From: Eledone cirrhosa
Taxonomy: Eukaryota
Assembly: GCA_964016885.1 (NCBI GenBank)
Contig: OZ024740.1
Span: 101,432,001-101,496,000, forward strand
DNA length: 64,000 nt
Reading direction: 5' to 3'
In this document: piece after piece, positions 1 to 14,344 of the stretch
How positions within the stretch are numbered: position 1 is the stretch's first letter
Layout of the letters: every line of letters begins with the position of its first letter
Position numbers and translations under genes: made by a program
The notes under the pieces: generated by a model
Told to the model about the DNA's origin: nothing
The model's input: only the letters and a program-made list of their open reading frames with translations
Databases searched by the model: none

Positions 1-890
1 TCTTCTCTGCTTCCCCCATCCCGCCATACTTTCCAAGCCTGCTTTTTGGCCTTAATTGACTCCTCCACCTTACTGTTCCACCACCATCTAACTCTCCTCC
101 TGCCTACAGGCCTGCTCCAGCCGCAGACTTCGTCTGCCGCCGTCAGCAGGTTTGCTTTCAGGAATTCCCACTGTTCCTCTACCTTGTACGTCTCTAATTG
201 CTCTTCCTCACTGTCGAAAGCATCAAGTAATATGCTTTGGAATTTATTTTTGGCTGTGGGGTCCTTTAGCTTCCATATTTTTCTCCTGAGGATAGTCCTC
301 TTCTGTTGTCTAGTACGTCTCGTCCTGACTATTAGGTCGCTAATTATCAGTCTATGTTGGGAAGTGCATTCTTCATGGGGGAGGGATTTAGTGTTTACGA
401 CAGTCACTTTGTCACGTCTTCTGGTAAGGATATAATCTACCTGGCTAGTATGTTCCCCTGATCTGTAGGTGATCAAGTGATTGTCTCGTTTTTTGAAGTT
501 AGTGTTGCAGATAGTTAGGTTATTTGCGTCGCAGAATTCCAGGATTCTGGAGCCTTCCTCATTTCTAGTACCAAACCCATAGCCCCCATGGATTTCGTCG
601 TAGCCGTCACAATGTTGTCCAACGTGACCGTTTAGGTCGCCTGCAATAATTATATAGTCACTGTCGGTTATTTGGGAGGTAGTGAGCATCAGTGTCTCAT
701 AGAATCTGTCTTTTATAGTGCTGGGCAGTCCGGATTGGGGTGCGTACGCGGATATTACTGTCACCGTAGTTCTATTGAGGACAAGTCTTATTTTAATTAT
801 TCTGTCGTTCACTCTATTTACGTCTATTATCTTATCTGCCCACTTTTCTGCTACCATGATTCCTACTCCACCCAGCCCATTGTCGTTTCC
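1..890 (-). mobile_element. RTE-clade LINE fragment (APE endonuclease region and linker)
   Basis: Minus strand reads APE motifs AGDLNGHVG and SQVDYI; homologous to the RTE 5' fragment at 41935-43110. Confidence 0.8.
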
Positions 891-1229
891 CATGTATGTA
901 TGTATATATTTATTTAGGTTTGTTGATTCACCACTGGATAGAACTGGGCATTCCGTATGGTCAACCTTGATGTAAAATTAGGGAGAGCACTAAGTACGGA
1001 GTTAATTATTATAAAATAACAGGAGGCTGGACTGGTGTAATTCGATAAAAGGTTTTTTATACTATAATCATTTCAATGACCGGGTTCGGTATGAATTCGG
1101 TGATATCATCATGTATTCGAAATATAACAAAGGAATATAATAGACAAAATACATGGGGCTGACAATCAGAGACATGAGGGCGACCGAACATTTAGCAGCT
1201 TCTACCCCGGTTGGCCACCCTCAAGTCAC

Positions 1230-2205
1230 TTGCTTTGAGAGCCTTGGGAGAGGGCTCCAACACTGATGGCATCTACCTTGATTTCAGCAAGGCCTTTGAT
1301 AGGGTTGATCATAAGTTTCTACTGAAAAAACTATCCAATATTGGTCTCTCTGGAAAGTTACTACAGTGGATCAAATGTTTCCTGACAGACAGAACCCAAC
1401 ATGTTTTAGACGAAGGAGTAAAATCAAGCCCTGCCAATGTCAGCAGTGGCGTCCCACAAGGCACTGTGTTGGGCCCACTTCTTTTCATCATCTACATTAA
1501 TGAAATTACTGACATCATCAAGCACAGCAACGTAAAAATCTTCGCAGATGATTCCAAGCTCCAAAGGGCCATTAATGAGGTGGGTGACGGGACTTGGCTT
1601 CAGTCAGATTTACTGGCTGTTATCCAATTGGCAGAAAAGAATAATATGCTGTTGAATGAGGATAAGTTTGAATTAATCCACTTTGGAAAAAAGGATGCTC
1701 TGAAACTACCATACTCTCTTCCTTCAGGTGAAACTCTAGTGGCATCCAATAACATCAGAGACCTGGGAGTAATTGTGGACAACAATATAAGCTGGGCCAC
1801 TCATATAAACAGCAAAGTTGATATTGCCCGCAGAATGTGTTCCTGGATTCTCAGAACTTTCCAGTCGACAGATATCGACACTGTTATCCTTCTCTTCTCC
1901 ACTTTTGCTCGACCCCACCTTGAACACTGTTGTCCACTGTGGTCTCCCCACACGAAACAAAGTATCATGAAAGTTGAAGCACCCGAAAAGTCAATTACAA
2001 AAAAGATAGATGGCATGACAGGCCTTGACTATTGGAGTCGATTAGAAAAGCTCAACCTTTATTCTCTCCAACGTCGCCGTAAGCACTACATTATCTGCAT
2101 GATGTAGAAAATATTCCATCAGCTTTGCCCAAATGATGTTGACATCACCTTCCATGTACACGCAAGGCGTGGGCCCCATGCTATCCGCCCACAACAAAAA
2201 ACTCA
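1230..2205 (+). mobile_element. CR1/L2-group LINE, 5'-truncated RT fragment
   Basis: ORF 1211-2107 with YLDFSKAFD, GVPQGTVLGPLLF, FADD; same family as 43345-45145. Confidence 0.9.
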
Positions 2206-3135
2206 CTCGTATAGAGCTGTCTGGCAGGTTTTCTACAGCTGGATGCCCTTATTAACACCAACCACGTTTACAGTGTGGACTCGGAGGTTTCTACCGTGTT
2301 ACCTACACGGTCACATTACAGCATGGAATGTGTGTTTTTTTTGTCGTGACACCTACACGACCTCATTTATTTTGGACTGGATGTTGTGGTACCAACATAA
2401 CTTTACAGAGAAAGGGTGGTGTTGATGGGAGTGGGAGGGGGGCGGAGGGGTAGTAGGATGGGGTGTATATTTGGTTAAGAGGTGCCTACTGACTGTAGGT
2501 TTCGCTTTGTACAGAGGCAAGGCGGGTTTTTTGTATTACTGTGTAGCGCTAAAGATCTCAGTCCAGTGACATTGTCTTAGAGAGGTGTAAGTGTGTGAGG
2601 TCGGAATTTATCAAATCGTCCCAGGTTTTTCTGGGTCTACCTACTCCGTAACTTCCATCAATTTTGATCGCCCTGCACTTTTTTATACAACTGTCGTCTT
2701 TCATGCACATCACATGACCATACCAACGTAGTCTTCTCTCAAGTAAACAGCATCTGATCCTTCTTATTCTTAATTTCTCACTTAGTTCATTTATGCTTTG
2801 CCGTTCGCATATATTACTATTACACCTCCAATGGAACATGGATGCTTCGTTCCTCTCCAGTCTGTGCAGATCCTCTGCACACAAAGCTCATGTCTCACTG
2901 CCATGTAACATTGCTGTTCGTATGCAGGCATCATCGAATCTGCCTTTCATTTTTAGAGAGAAACCTTTAGTGGCCAATAGTGGTATAAGCTCTCTGAACT
3001 TTTTCCATCCCGTTCTGACTCTGGCTACTGTACTTTCAGAGCACCCTCCACCACTGCTGATTTTGTCACCCAGGTAACAGAAGGTGTCCACTATTTCTAT
3101 AGAACCATCTGGGCAAGAGAAGGAGCTAGTATCCT
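2206..3135 (-). mobile_element. RTE LINE 3' end (RT C-terminus plus 3' UTR), degenerate
   Basis: FCYLGD..GG, MLHGSET, RRLRWYGHV, GRPRKTW; near-copy of 32200-32900. Confidence 0.85.
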
Positions 3136-3194
3136 GTGTATATGTATGTATATATATATGTATGTATATATATATATATGTATGTATATATATG

Positions 3195-3231
<37 letters not shown>

Positions 3232-3646
3232 GTATATGTGTATATATATATGTATATATACACATACACACAAATGCATGCATACATACATATATGATGG
3301 CTGCCTCCTCCGTATCGAGTATGGCTATTGCACGATATAACATTATTAGTAATTATCAATTAATGCTATCACGTAATACCTGTGCATGAAGATGTTTTTT
3401 AAAGTGAGGAAAGACTGTGCACTGAGCCAATCCCACTCGCTGAGCGATAGTAGCTATAACCCAAAAAGAAAAGATCATTATCATTGGTAACTACTGAGCT
3501 GCAGGTTTTATGTCAGAGTTATCCCAGTTTCCTGAGTTGCCTTCTCCTAGAAGAATGCCCTGACAAAGGCTAGGGTTCCTTCACTCCCAGTGCTTTAACT
3601 GCACCAACAGGTATCCAGCTCGATTATTTCTATGTCCCTGCGCATA

Positions 3647-4138
3647 TCTGTATATATATAAAATTAAGTATGTGTGTGTGTGTGTGTATTACCTATAGAG
3701 GCCTACATCTTACGACCGATTTTCATGAAACTTTACAGGCTCATAGATTAGTCATAGGGGAGTGTTTTCTATATATCAGCGTATCGTTTTTTTTTTATTC
3801 CGGGGTCATTGTGCAGACAAAAATCGATAGGGGGGTCACCTTTTTTTAGGCATCGAAAAATAAGATTTTTGGCTCTAGCTCCCACATTTTGCCACCGATC
3901 TCGTTCAAATTTTAAAGCAAAATAGAATTTATCATTGCACATCTTGTAGTGCCTTTATATTTTGCATTTGTTGTTCAGGGACTCTTCAAAATATATTCCA
4001 TACGATTTCACTCAACATTTCACCATTTGCTACACCTTACGACCGATTTTCAAGAAACTCGCAGTCGCTAAGATCAACACCTTTTCATCTATGCAGATAT
4101 TATTTTACCTACCCAGGCAACGCTGGGTACTGCTGATA

Positions 4139-4139
<1 letters not shown>
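3647..4139 (+). mobile_element. Non-autonomous Helitron-like element
   Basis: A|TC start; subterminal hairpin ACCCAG-gcaacg-CTGGGT (4111-4128), then ATAG|T (degenerate CTAG); ends resemble those of 28593-29954. Confidence 0.6.
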
Positions 4140-4186
<47 letters not shown>

Positions 4187-4229
4187 GTAGACATACACAT
4201 TTATACATGTAGATACGTGCATACATGTG

Positions 4230-4285
<56 letters not shown>

Positions 4286-4944
4286 TATAAATATAATACA
4301 TATATATAACTTTGTGAGTGAATTATGCTAGATGGAAACTGAAAAACCCTTGGATTGACTGCTTCTCTTCTTAATTGGTAATCTTAATCCCTTGCCCAGT
4401 TTAATACCATTAGCTGTTGCTTGATGGCTTTAGTAAAATCCACATTGCCAAAAGCACTTGGGGCATTAAAACAAAATTTTATTCTCTTAAAAATGATATC
4501 AATTAAATATTATGGATGGGGATGCCTGTGATGAACAAATATTTAAATTTATTTAGACTATGCTATTTTATGTCCCACTGGTGTAGTTTATACATTATAT
4601 TCTGGCAGTCTGACTAAATCAACATTGTGCTTTGTCATATAGAAATAGAAAAATGCAATACAATTACTAAATATTTTTAAAACAGTGTTATTTCAGCTTA
4701 GCTATTTATCATTGTTTTATTTTCACACATTCATGACATTTTGAATCCAGAACTGAATGGGTGGTTCAGTTAACACATCGAAGCATGATTTTACTCAGAT
4801 TTCTCCTCTGTCACCTCTCTTGAGGATTTGGTTACAATTAGAAATTTGTTTTATAATGATATTTTATTTATATTTAAAGTTAGCCCACCCTCATTTAATC
4901 CATAACATATTAATCCATCATATATAGGTAACTCTCAAAAACAT

Positions 4945-5730
4945 TAACCCTTTGTTTGCCACATTTCTCATGAAAAACACAGCCTATAATTTTCAAATAA
5001 TTTTGAAAATAATCAATAATTTGAAAGGATTCAGTAATATAAATAGCTTTCTCTGTATTAACTCTAAATATCCTGTACAAGATTGGAACGCCAGCACCCT
5101 GTCTGAGGAAGGAACCCTGCGTGGTGGGGTGGCTGTTGCGGCGAGTGTCGCTGGCCATTGTCCATGGAAATGCTTTTGTGGTCTTGTCCATGGGGTGCAG
5201 TCCCAAGACCACCATGGCCTAAGTCTACAGCCCACCCCACTCCCCCACCCACCCCATTCTTCTGTGAGCCCCAGACCCTTTGCCCTTCCCTTCATTTTCC
5301 ATTTTTAAATATCTGTAGTGTTGTTCTTTGAAATGCATTTGGTTATGACTCTTTTTGGTTTTTAGATATTCGAGAAATGTACAAAAACAGCAAATAACTA
5401 TCTCATGTAAGAGGCATAACTCTAATTTATTATGTAATAAATTAAGAACTATGCACAGGCAACGTTATTTTTAGCATAATTGACTACATCACATTTAATA
5501 GTGAAGTCTTTTTTCTACTACTACATGTTTTCATAATGATCTATCTACAAGTAAAGATACAATAAACATTTGACAAGCCCACTTTTAGATATTTTCTGCT
5601 AAATCATTGTAGGATGTTAAGAAGCAAACTATTTTCTAGAACATAACTTAAAAAGAATTATGATAGATTTTTAGATAAATATAATGTAGAACAAAAAAGA
5701 GTTTCACAGAGTTTGGTATCAAAACGTTAA
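4945..5730. mobile_element. Degenerate TTAA-flanked (piggyBac-like) MITE, possibly with an internal GC-rich insert
   Basis: TTAACCCTTTG...CCA at the left end and TGGTATCAAAACGTTAA at the right; imperfect TIRs. Confidence 0.35.
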
Positions 5731-6423
5731 GATATTATTACAACCTTGCCTTTCATCCTTACGGAGTCAATAAAATAAAGTACCAGTAATGCACTGGGTA
5801 ATTGCTGGCCTTGTGCCAAAAAGAAGAAACAATTATTACATTCATCACAACTACCATTCAGTATTATTATTGAGCTAACCAAAGAGTCTCTACATGTTCC
5901 CTTAACCTACTAGAAATAGCTGTCAAATCTCTCTAAAATCACAACCCTCTCTTGAAAAAGACATGATGAATGAGTTTCTGGGTTCCTTGCAAATAATTGA
6001 TGGTCATTCATATTTAAAATGTGTTTGGTCACAGATTTGTTTGGGTTGACTTTGGACTAAACAACAACATTTATCAGCTTACTTGAAACAGCAGCCAATT
6101 CTCCCTCATATCCCACTTTACCATATGTTCTTAAATATATTGTATATAAAGACAAGACAGTCATGATTGGACTTTATTTGATCTGTGACAAAACTACAAT
6201 AACTACCAACGAGCTAGAAAAAGTAGCCAAATATGTCCCTAATAACATTCCACAGACCTAAAAAAGAGAGGAGAATATTAACATTTGAGATATTCAGAAA
6301 AATAAATACAAGATGATCAAGGCCGGACTCACTTTGATCATTGGTATAATGAACAAAGTTTCCATCTAGCAAATTTCACTCACGATATTGACTGTGTGGA
6401 AACACATATATATATATTGATAT

Positions 6424-6600
6424 ATCATCATCATCATCATCATCATTTAACGTCTATTTTCCATGCTAGCATGGGTTTAGACGAGAATTGTCCTACTTGG
6501 GGCAAGATTGGTCGGGTGACCATGTCTCGCTCGTATAGGGCTGTCTGGCAGGTTTTCTATGGCTGGATGCCTTTCCTAACACCAACCACGTTTACAGTGT
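6424..6600 (-). repeat. RTE/SINE 3' tail fragment
   Basis: (CAT)n tail and gctggatgcc..ctaacaccaacc motif shared with the other RTE and SINE 3' ends. Confidence 0.65.
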
Positions 6601-9499
6601 GTGTATTTGTTTATATCTCATAATTTAGCAGTTCAACAAAAAGATATCGATAAAAATAAGCACCAGATTTGGAAAAATATATTAGTGTCAATATGATTGA
6701 CTAAATTCTTTGAAGGTAGTGCCTCAGAGTAGCAGTTGTCTAATGACTGAAGGCAGTATAAAAAGAATGAACCTTTAACTTTAGTTAAGATATACTTAAA
6801 ATAACTACAAACTGTTTTATTGAAGTGTTGTTTATTGTATAACAAACATTTACAAACTGTAAAAAGCAATGATCTGCCCCTAAAGACTAGGACTTGTTAG
6901 CCATCTAACCAGAATTCCTTTCACTGCCAACCAGTTGAATAATTGGTCTGCCGTAAAGTTCCTTCCATTAACAGTTCACCTTTACAGGCTTGTAGCAATG
7001 TAGGATTTGAACACAGTATATAAAGGGCTGTAACTAAAACAAGCCTGAATTATATGACAGGAAACTAACTCCAGTATACACCACTCAAAAGATCCTGAAA
7101 TCAACAGGGTCATGTGGATTTAATCTCACCATGGCATTTTTAAGAGTATAGTTGAAGAAAATAGCTATTCAGTAAGCTAACTGACATGTCACAATTATTA
7201 GTTAGATAACAAAACAATCTCTCAGTCGAAATACTATGATGATATATTATCAGTAACATTGTGGTATGCATATGACAGGGCACTAATGCCATGCTGATGC
7301 ATTTAACTGACAACAGTGCAACTAAAAAGGAGAAAATAGCCCAATAGTGAAACAATCTTTCAAGAATTATGTTTACTTTTTACTGAGGGTTTGATCTCTG
7401 CTCTCAGCATTGGTCCTTCACATAAATGTTTCTACATTATCAATAATATCCCTCTCCAGTTCTTGATATCACCACCATACTCTCTAGTATGTCCTACCAG
7501 TCAGGTAGGACATACTGGATCTATCTACAAATCCATGACATCCCACCTCAACTTCAAACAATGTACACTGTCATACTTGGGCCTGATAAGACTCGTTAAG
7601 TTTTTCCTATTTTAGGTTCTTTCTTTTATGCACATACTCCATATTGATTTCCTCAAGCATTGCTATCTCAAGACTTGTTTTGTCAAGTCAGACCATGGCT
7701 ATATAAAGTCAGGACATTTTCTTGGTATATATGATTTGAGAATACTGGTGCTTTTTTTAAAGTCAACCTGTACTTCCCAATCATTGGGACATTACATAAA
7801 CATAATCACCCACTTTTCTTTGTTTACCTTCCTTGTGTAAGACAACAGGATTTTCCTTGCATTAACACTTTTGCATTGTTTTTGTAATGCATTAGTGAGG
7901 TGAGTCAGAACTTGGTTATGTTACTTCTGCCAGGAATTACTTACATGCTGCCAGAACATGTTCTAATAATGCATAACCTCTACACAGATGAGAATCAGCA
8001 GTGTTACTCTATCCTCACTGCTTAATATTGGCTAGGAATGGAAGCACATCAAACCCTGTTCTCAGGAAGAATTACAAGCTATCTGTTTCCATTTTCCATA
8101 ACCTGTTCCACAATATCTTTACAATATTGAAAGAAAGCTTTGCAGCTTTAGTTACAGCCCTTTATATTCTGTGTTCAAATCCTACAATGTCACTTTACTT
8201 TACAACCTTCCAAGGTCGATAAAATAAAGTATCAATCATATACTGGGTTTATTCAATTCTGTCTGCTTCCTTCCTCAAAACATTTGGAGCATTGTAACAT
8301 TGTTATAAACCATTATCAACTTATTTTAATCATGGTATATTTTAGCTTTCTAACTTATTGAATTAAAGGCAAATATCATACTGAGTTAAATGATTAAATA
8401 TTGGTCCAAGACTGCTTATATAAAGTATTTGTGTTACTATCTAAATTTTAATCAATAACTTATCAACGACAAGTCTGATGTATCAGAGCTGACATTTTAT
8501 ACTGAAAACTATTCGACCCTATTTTTTCTTTTTTTATGCACTACATTATGTAGACTAGTGTCGTCATCTTGGTTGCTATAGTCCTATTTTAGCTGTTATA
8601 TCTATCCATCAGCCTTCTTCAACAAACGAGCATAGATTGTTTTCATTCTTTTTTCTATGCTTGGGATATTCTTGTATTTATTATGAAAGATCCTGTTTAA
8701 ATCAGTTTATGCATATATATAGATAGATTGCCTTGGAAATTGAACTGCTGCCCACCAGGTAAACTACAGCAGTTAACACTTAGTCAACACTTATATTAAG
8801 CATGTTATTTTGAGGGGAAAATAAAAGGGAATGCTATTTAACAAACAATAATGTAATCAGATTTGTGATGAATTAAAATAGTCTTGTTAATAGAAATGAA
8901 AGCATGATAGAGAATACAGAGCTTAACTATGGAAGATATAAGCATTCTATTGAATTGCTTGTTCTTTTGGAGGAAAAAAAATCTGTTTTAAGAAATCAAA
9001 GAAAGTTATTAGTTCAGGTTATAAGCTCTTTTCCCAATGACGTCTTCAAGTAGCCTTTCTGTCAACATCATATCATTAGAAAAAAGAGATTTATTTTTAA
9101 AGAGACCAGCTATTTCTGAGAGTGAGCACAATGTCTTGTTTCATATTTTGTATAAAGAACAAACATTAGTAGCGATTGATACTGCAGATGTACCTCTTAA
9201 GCTTTGTGGTTCACTCTATCACTAAATATCCAAATGTATCTTCGATTCAAAACATTAATTTATTTTATCATTTTAGAATCCATCCCGTGTTACACATAAA
9301 AACTGACAGTGATTTGTTGCTGTTTGTAAATATTTAGTCAGAAGAGGAAGTGCAGCATCTCTGACATTTGTTGGTTTTCTAAGATTGGGTCATCATTATA
9401 TTTTTATCTGTGGTTTATAATTTGTTTTGTTTTTTAACTCACCTGTTTGTTTTCAACAGAAATAGGGAGAGGAGGGGCAAGTTTTTATAAAATTTATTT

Positions 9500-9712
9500 G
9501 TAATAATGGCTTCTGATTTAGGCAGAAGGCCTGGGAAAGTAAAAGTCGATTAAATCAACCCTAGTTCATTACTGGTACTTCATCTTATCGGCCCTGTATG
9601 GATGAAAGGCAATGCTAACCTTGGCTGGATTTGAACTCAGTACATAAAGGCCCATAACTATATGCCATGAAACATACTGTCCGAAACTCTACGATATTGC
9701 CACTCCACCACT
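9500..9712 (-). mobile_element. Diverged tRNA-derived SINE (family B)
   Basis: actggtactt..tatcg..ggatgaaaggc..ggatttgaactcag, as in 22891-23081. Confidence 0.55.
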
Positions 9713-9772
9713 CTTTATATAATGTAGTCATAAAAGGAGTGGTACCCTCAGAGAAAAGGGCACAGTACTTAT

Positions 9773-10013
9773 TGTTGTATTCCTCTCGGTACTCGCAGAG
9801 AAAACAACGAGTTATTATCAAATAATTTGTGTAATTTATATGAAACAAGCAAAACGCCCCTCCTCGCAGTAGCAGAATAACATAAAGTAAGTAAGTAGCA
9901 GTCTGTGACCGAGTTTTTAATACCAACGCTGACTGACTGCCCAGGTCACGTGATTCATATGCAAATGTGTGAGCACGTGTAAATTGAATAGAAATTTAAC
10001 AGTCCATACAACA
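9773..10013 (-). repeat. 3' LTR (241 bp)
   Basis: Direct repeat of 14345-14560; adjacent purine tract GGTGGGGAGG on the minus strand (10014-10023). Confidence 0.9.
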
Positions 10014-10047
10014 CCTCCCCACCAAAATTGATGCGACAAAAGAAGCA

Positions 10048-13000
10048 TCAACAGCAAAGTCTCTCTGGGGGTTTACGAGTTCTCTTGGACCGTCTTCGAT
10101 TGTCTGGTCCATACTCTGGAACAGGCAATAAGGCCTTGGGTCTGGTCTGTCTTGGAGTTAGTGGCACCATTTCCGAGATCTCCATCGGGTGATCTGTTGC
10201 AAATTCAAAAACAGTGTCTACTGCATCACCAGGTTCATTGTCTTCCTCAGTAGTGTACCGCGGTTGCAGCTGTTCCCAGTGCCGTCTCCACACCGGGCCA
10301 TGAGGTATGACCTTAACGTTGAAGCAGCGAGTACCCAATGACTTCTTAATGATTGCTGGTACCCATCGGGGATCTTTGTCTCGGCGAGGTTCGTAGTACA
10401 GTGCATACACAGGATCTCCAGCCTTGTACTGCCTGGTAACCTTAGCAACACCTGCTGAGTCCGGAGTCATCTGAGGCTTATATGCTTCCTTAGACTGCTT
10501 GCCTTGAGCGATGTGTGCTGGCGAGGGCAGCAGAGAATCAATCCTTGTCCGTATCTGCCGGTGATTCAAAAGTTCACTCGGAGAGAATCCACTGGATGTC
10601 GGTGTTCTCCGGTACTGCATCAAGAACTCTTGAAGTGCTCGCTTCGGCGGAAGAGAAGTCTTCCTCAGAGCTTGTTTGAAGGTCTGCACCAAACGTTCCG
10701 CTGCTTCGTTAGTAGCTGAGTGGTAAGGTGCCCCTGTCAGGTGCGTGATCCCACGTTCTTTGCACCAGCTCTGGAACTCCTCAGAAATAAAAGTTGGTGC
10801 GTTATCGGTGACTAGCGTGTGAGGAAATCCGAAGTGCGCAAAGTCTTCCTCAAGCAGATCTAAAGTGGCTCTGGAGGACGTGGATGACGTAGGATGAATG
10901 CATGGATACTTGGAATAAGCATCCGTGATCACCAACCAATTACTGCCCATGAAATTTATTGCGTGGTCCAGGTGTAAGCGGCTCCACGGCTTTTCAGGTA
11001 ACATCCATGGGTGAACTAGAGACTTGGGTGGCTGGTTTTGATGTTCACCACACGAATCACATTGTCGACTGGTTTTCTCTATAGCAGCATCGATACCAGG
11101 CCAATAAACAGCAGTTCTTGCCAATTGTTTCATGCGCTCCATGCCAAAGTGTCCGAGATGCAGAAGATTGAGGATCTTTGGCTGTAAGCTATGTGGAATC
11201 ACAACTCTCGATCCATGGATAAGGCATCCGTGACAGATACTGAGTGAATCCGATAACTTCCGGAACTTATTGACTTCGTCATTGATCTCAGTATTCTTTG
11301 GTGGCCAGCCTTCACGGACGTAGCGTATCACTGTAGATATCACTGGATCTTTCCCTGACTCTTGACGGAGGACGTTAGAATCGATAGGTTGGAGTTGAAG
11401 ACTGAGAGCTTTGATGGCGCACACCATGTCCATGTCTTCACCATTTTCCTTCCTGTCAAAGTCGATGTCATTACCAAATGGCAAGCGACTGAGGGCATCT
11501 GCATTGCCATGATCCGCTGTTTTCCGATATTCGATGGTGTAGTCAAACTGGTTCAGCCACAGGGCCCACCGTGCTAGTCGGTTAGCAGCGAGAAGTGGCG
11601 TCCCTTTCCTCGGACTGAACAGTGATGTCAGTGTCTTGTGGTCAGTTACGAGTATAAACTGATGTCCGTACAGATACTGATAGAACTTCTGCAAGCCAAA
11701 TATGATGGCCAGGGCTTCCTTTTGAATTTGGCCGTAGTTACGCTGTGCAGAAGTAAGAGTCTTGGACACATTGGATATTGGGCGCTCGCTTCCATCAGGA
11801 TAGCGATGAAACAGGACTGCTCCAATACCAACGTTTGACGCGTCGCAAGCCAGTCCCAAAGTTTTGTTTGGATCGAAGTGTATCAGAACTCGATCCGATG
11901 AAAGCACATTTTTCAACTGATCGAAAGCTGACTGTTCTTCATCTCCCCACTTCCAAGTAGTCGTTTTTTTCGTAAGGCAATAGAGTGGCTCTGCCATGCT
12001 GGCCAGGTTTGGGATAAACTTTCCATAGAACTAAACTCAACCTAGGAAAGACTTCAAGCTTGAGACGTTCGTTGGATGTGGCATCTTTAAAACTGCTTCG
12101 ACCTTGGATCCCTTCAGCCGACAAGGTGTGTCCAAGGTATTCCACACTGGGTAGTGTAAACTGGCACTTGTCACGGCGACATCTGAGTCCTTTGTCGCAC
12201 AGACGTGTGAACAGACACTTTAGGTTGTTCAGGTGATCGTTTGCATCTTTCCCACTGACGAGCATGTCGTCCTGGAAGACGGCCACACCAGGTAGATCTT
12301 GAGTCAGGTTTTCCATGATCTCCTGAAAGTAACCAGGTGCTGACTTGATTCCGAAAGGGAGTCGTTCCTGCAGGAGCACCCCACGGTGAGTGCTGAGTGC
12401 AAGCCTGCGTTGACTTTCTGGAGCCAGCTTGATCTGATTATAGGCATCAGCAAGATCAATCTTTGTGTATCCGAATCCACCTCCGAGCTTCTGCATCAGT
12501 TCCTCTGGGAGTGGCATTGGATGACGATGATCTGCAAGTTCGTCATTAATTCCCACAGAGTAGTCACCACAAATCCGTAGTTTGGGCTTCAGGTTGCCTG
12601 AAGTATGTGCTTTACGAATCGGTACCTCTGGCATTCCGTATTCGTTGAACTGTACTGGCTTCCAGATTCCTTTGGCGATGCCTTCTTCGTAACCTTTGGC
12701 CAAGTCATCACGAAGAGCAAACGGGACCGGGCGTGCCTTGTGAAAGACCGGTGTCGCGTCCGACTTGAACTTCACTTCCAGTTCGAAGTCATTAAGACAT
12801 CCCAATTCTTGCTTGAAGAGATCTGGGAATTCATCACACATGTGACAATCTCGTTGCATGGAAATATAGGGCTCATTTGAGGTCTTTGGATGCATCACTT
12901 CTGCACCCTCACTCTTGGCCTGGCTGTCTATGCTTTTCAATCCTAGAGCATTGTCCACGGAAATTCCCAGAGTCTGGATAGCGTTTCGTCCCAGCAAATT

Positions 13001-13156
13001 AAGATCAGGGATCTTGGTGACGATGTAGGGTATTGAATTCCGTTTACCGGTCGTTGGATCCTTGGTTTGGCCCATGAAAGTTCCCAGAACGGGCAGGTCG
13101 TGCTTGCTGGCAGATGTTTGACATCTTGCAGCTTCGGTTTTCCTAATTGTTTCCAA
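10048..13156 (-). pseudogene. pol: Gypsy pol (RT, RNase H, integrase), frameshifted near 12040
   Basis: KIDLADAY, LPFG, FQDD (RT); CDAS..GIGAVL (RNase H); H..H...CDSC and LVTDN..F (integrase). Confidence 0.92.
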
Positions 13157-14281
13157 ACTGACAAGGAAACAAAATTGCCTGTAGTAGCTGTGTCCAATTC
13201 CATTGTGAAAAGTCTGTTCTGGATTGTTATTGGCACATTCAAACTATGAGTATCGTGGGGAACTTCACCAAGGATCGCCTTGACTAGCTCAGCTTTCGTG
13301 ATTCTTTTCACGTAATTCTGTGAGCGATTATTACGTTGCTGATGTTTCTTTCTACACACCGCTTGCAAATGTCCCTTTTTGTCACAAAAATGACATTTGG
13401 CTTCTTTGAAGGGGCAGTCTGTCGCTTTGTGGGCCTTTCTACATCGGTAGCACATCTCCTGGTCTGTGGAATAAGACTGCTGATAGTTCTTTCGAGGACC
13501 CTTGTTCTTGTTCTGCTGGACCTTGTAGACTTGCTTGGTTTTGGAACCGTAAACAGTTTCCTTGGCAACCTTTGCTGCGTCTTCGGTCCCGATGGCAACT
13601 TGGACAGCACGGGCGAAATCTAGTTCTGTATCCTTGATCTTGAAAATAGCCTTCAACACAGCTTCATTATTGACAGAACATAAATCTCTGTCTTAGAGCT
13701 TCATCTTGTGGATTTGTGATCGAAGGAAAATCACAGGTAGCTGCATCCTGACATATACGTGCTGCCAGCTCCTGGAGAGTTTCGCCTGGCTTCCGTTGCA
13801 TGTCACTCCAGAACTTGAAACGTTCTCTCACAATGAAAAGTTTTGGCTCGAACTGTTCTTTCATGAAGTCAACAATTTCGTCCATTGTCAACTTGTTGAT
13901 ATTCTTAGGCGGATTTTGTTGAGCAGCCAGATTTGCAAGTTGTTTGTAGATAGCAGCCGTCTGATTAGTCAGGAACACTTGTGCCATGCGTTGCTCGGGT
14001 ACAGCGTTAGCAGCCACAAACGTGCAGAATCTTGACCAGTAATCAGGCCATAGTTCTGTTGTTGAATCAAAAGCAGCAAATGGTGGGATGAATGCTGTTG
14101 GTGTCGAAGCAACTGGCGACGCCAATAAACTCTGTTGTTCAGAATCTCGAGCACCAAACAGTTTTATCAGAGTCTCCATATCTTTCTTGTGTTGTTGCAT
14201 TTGTTGTTCCTGTTGTTGCATTTGTTGTTCCATCTGTTCTCTAAACAACTTTATTAGCTCCGCTGTTTGTTGTTCCGCCAT
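13100..14281 (-). pseudogene. gag: Gypsy gag plus protease, frameshifted near 13660 and 13110
   Basis: ATG at 14281 (MAEQQ); two zinc knuckles CYRCRKAHKATDC and CHFCDKKGHLQAVC; protease motif ELDTA. Confidence 0.88.
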
Positions 14282-14344
14282 GTTTTTGTGATAAACAATT
14301 TCCCGGCAATGTAGGTAAATCCTATCGGCGACGCCAATAAACTC

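Noticed and set aside
7390-8200. Possible ancient LINE remnants (also 20000-20720)
   Set aside because: Too decayed to show convincing motifs by eye
9615-9926. ORF MVLKTRSQTAT..., also the extended start of ORF 13667-14473
   Set aside because: Chance reading frame through the LTR; gag more likely starts at the ATG at 14281
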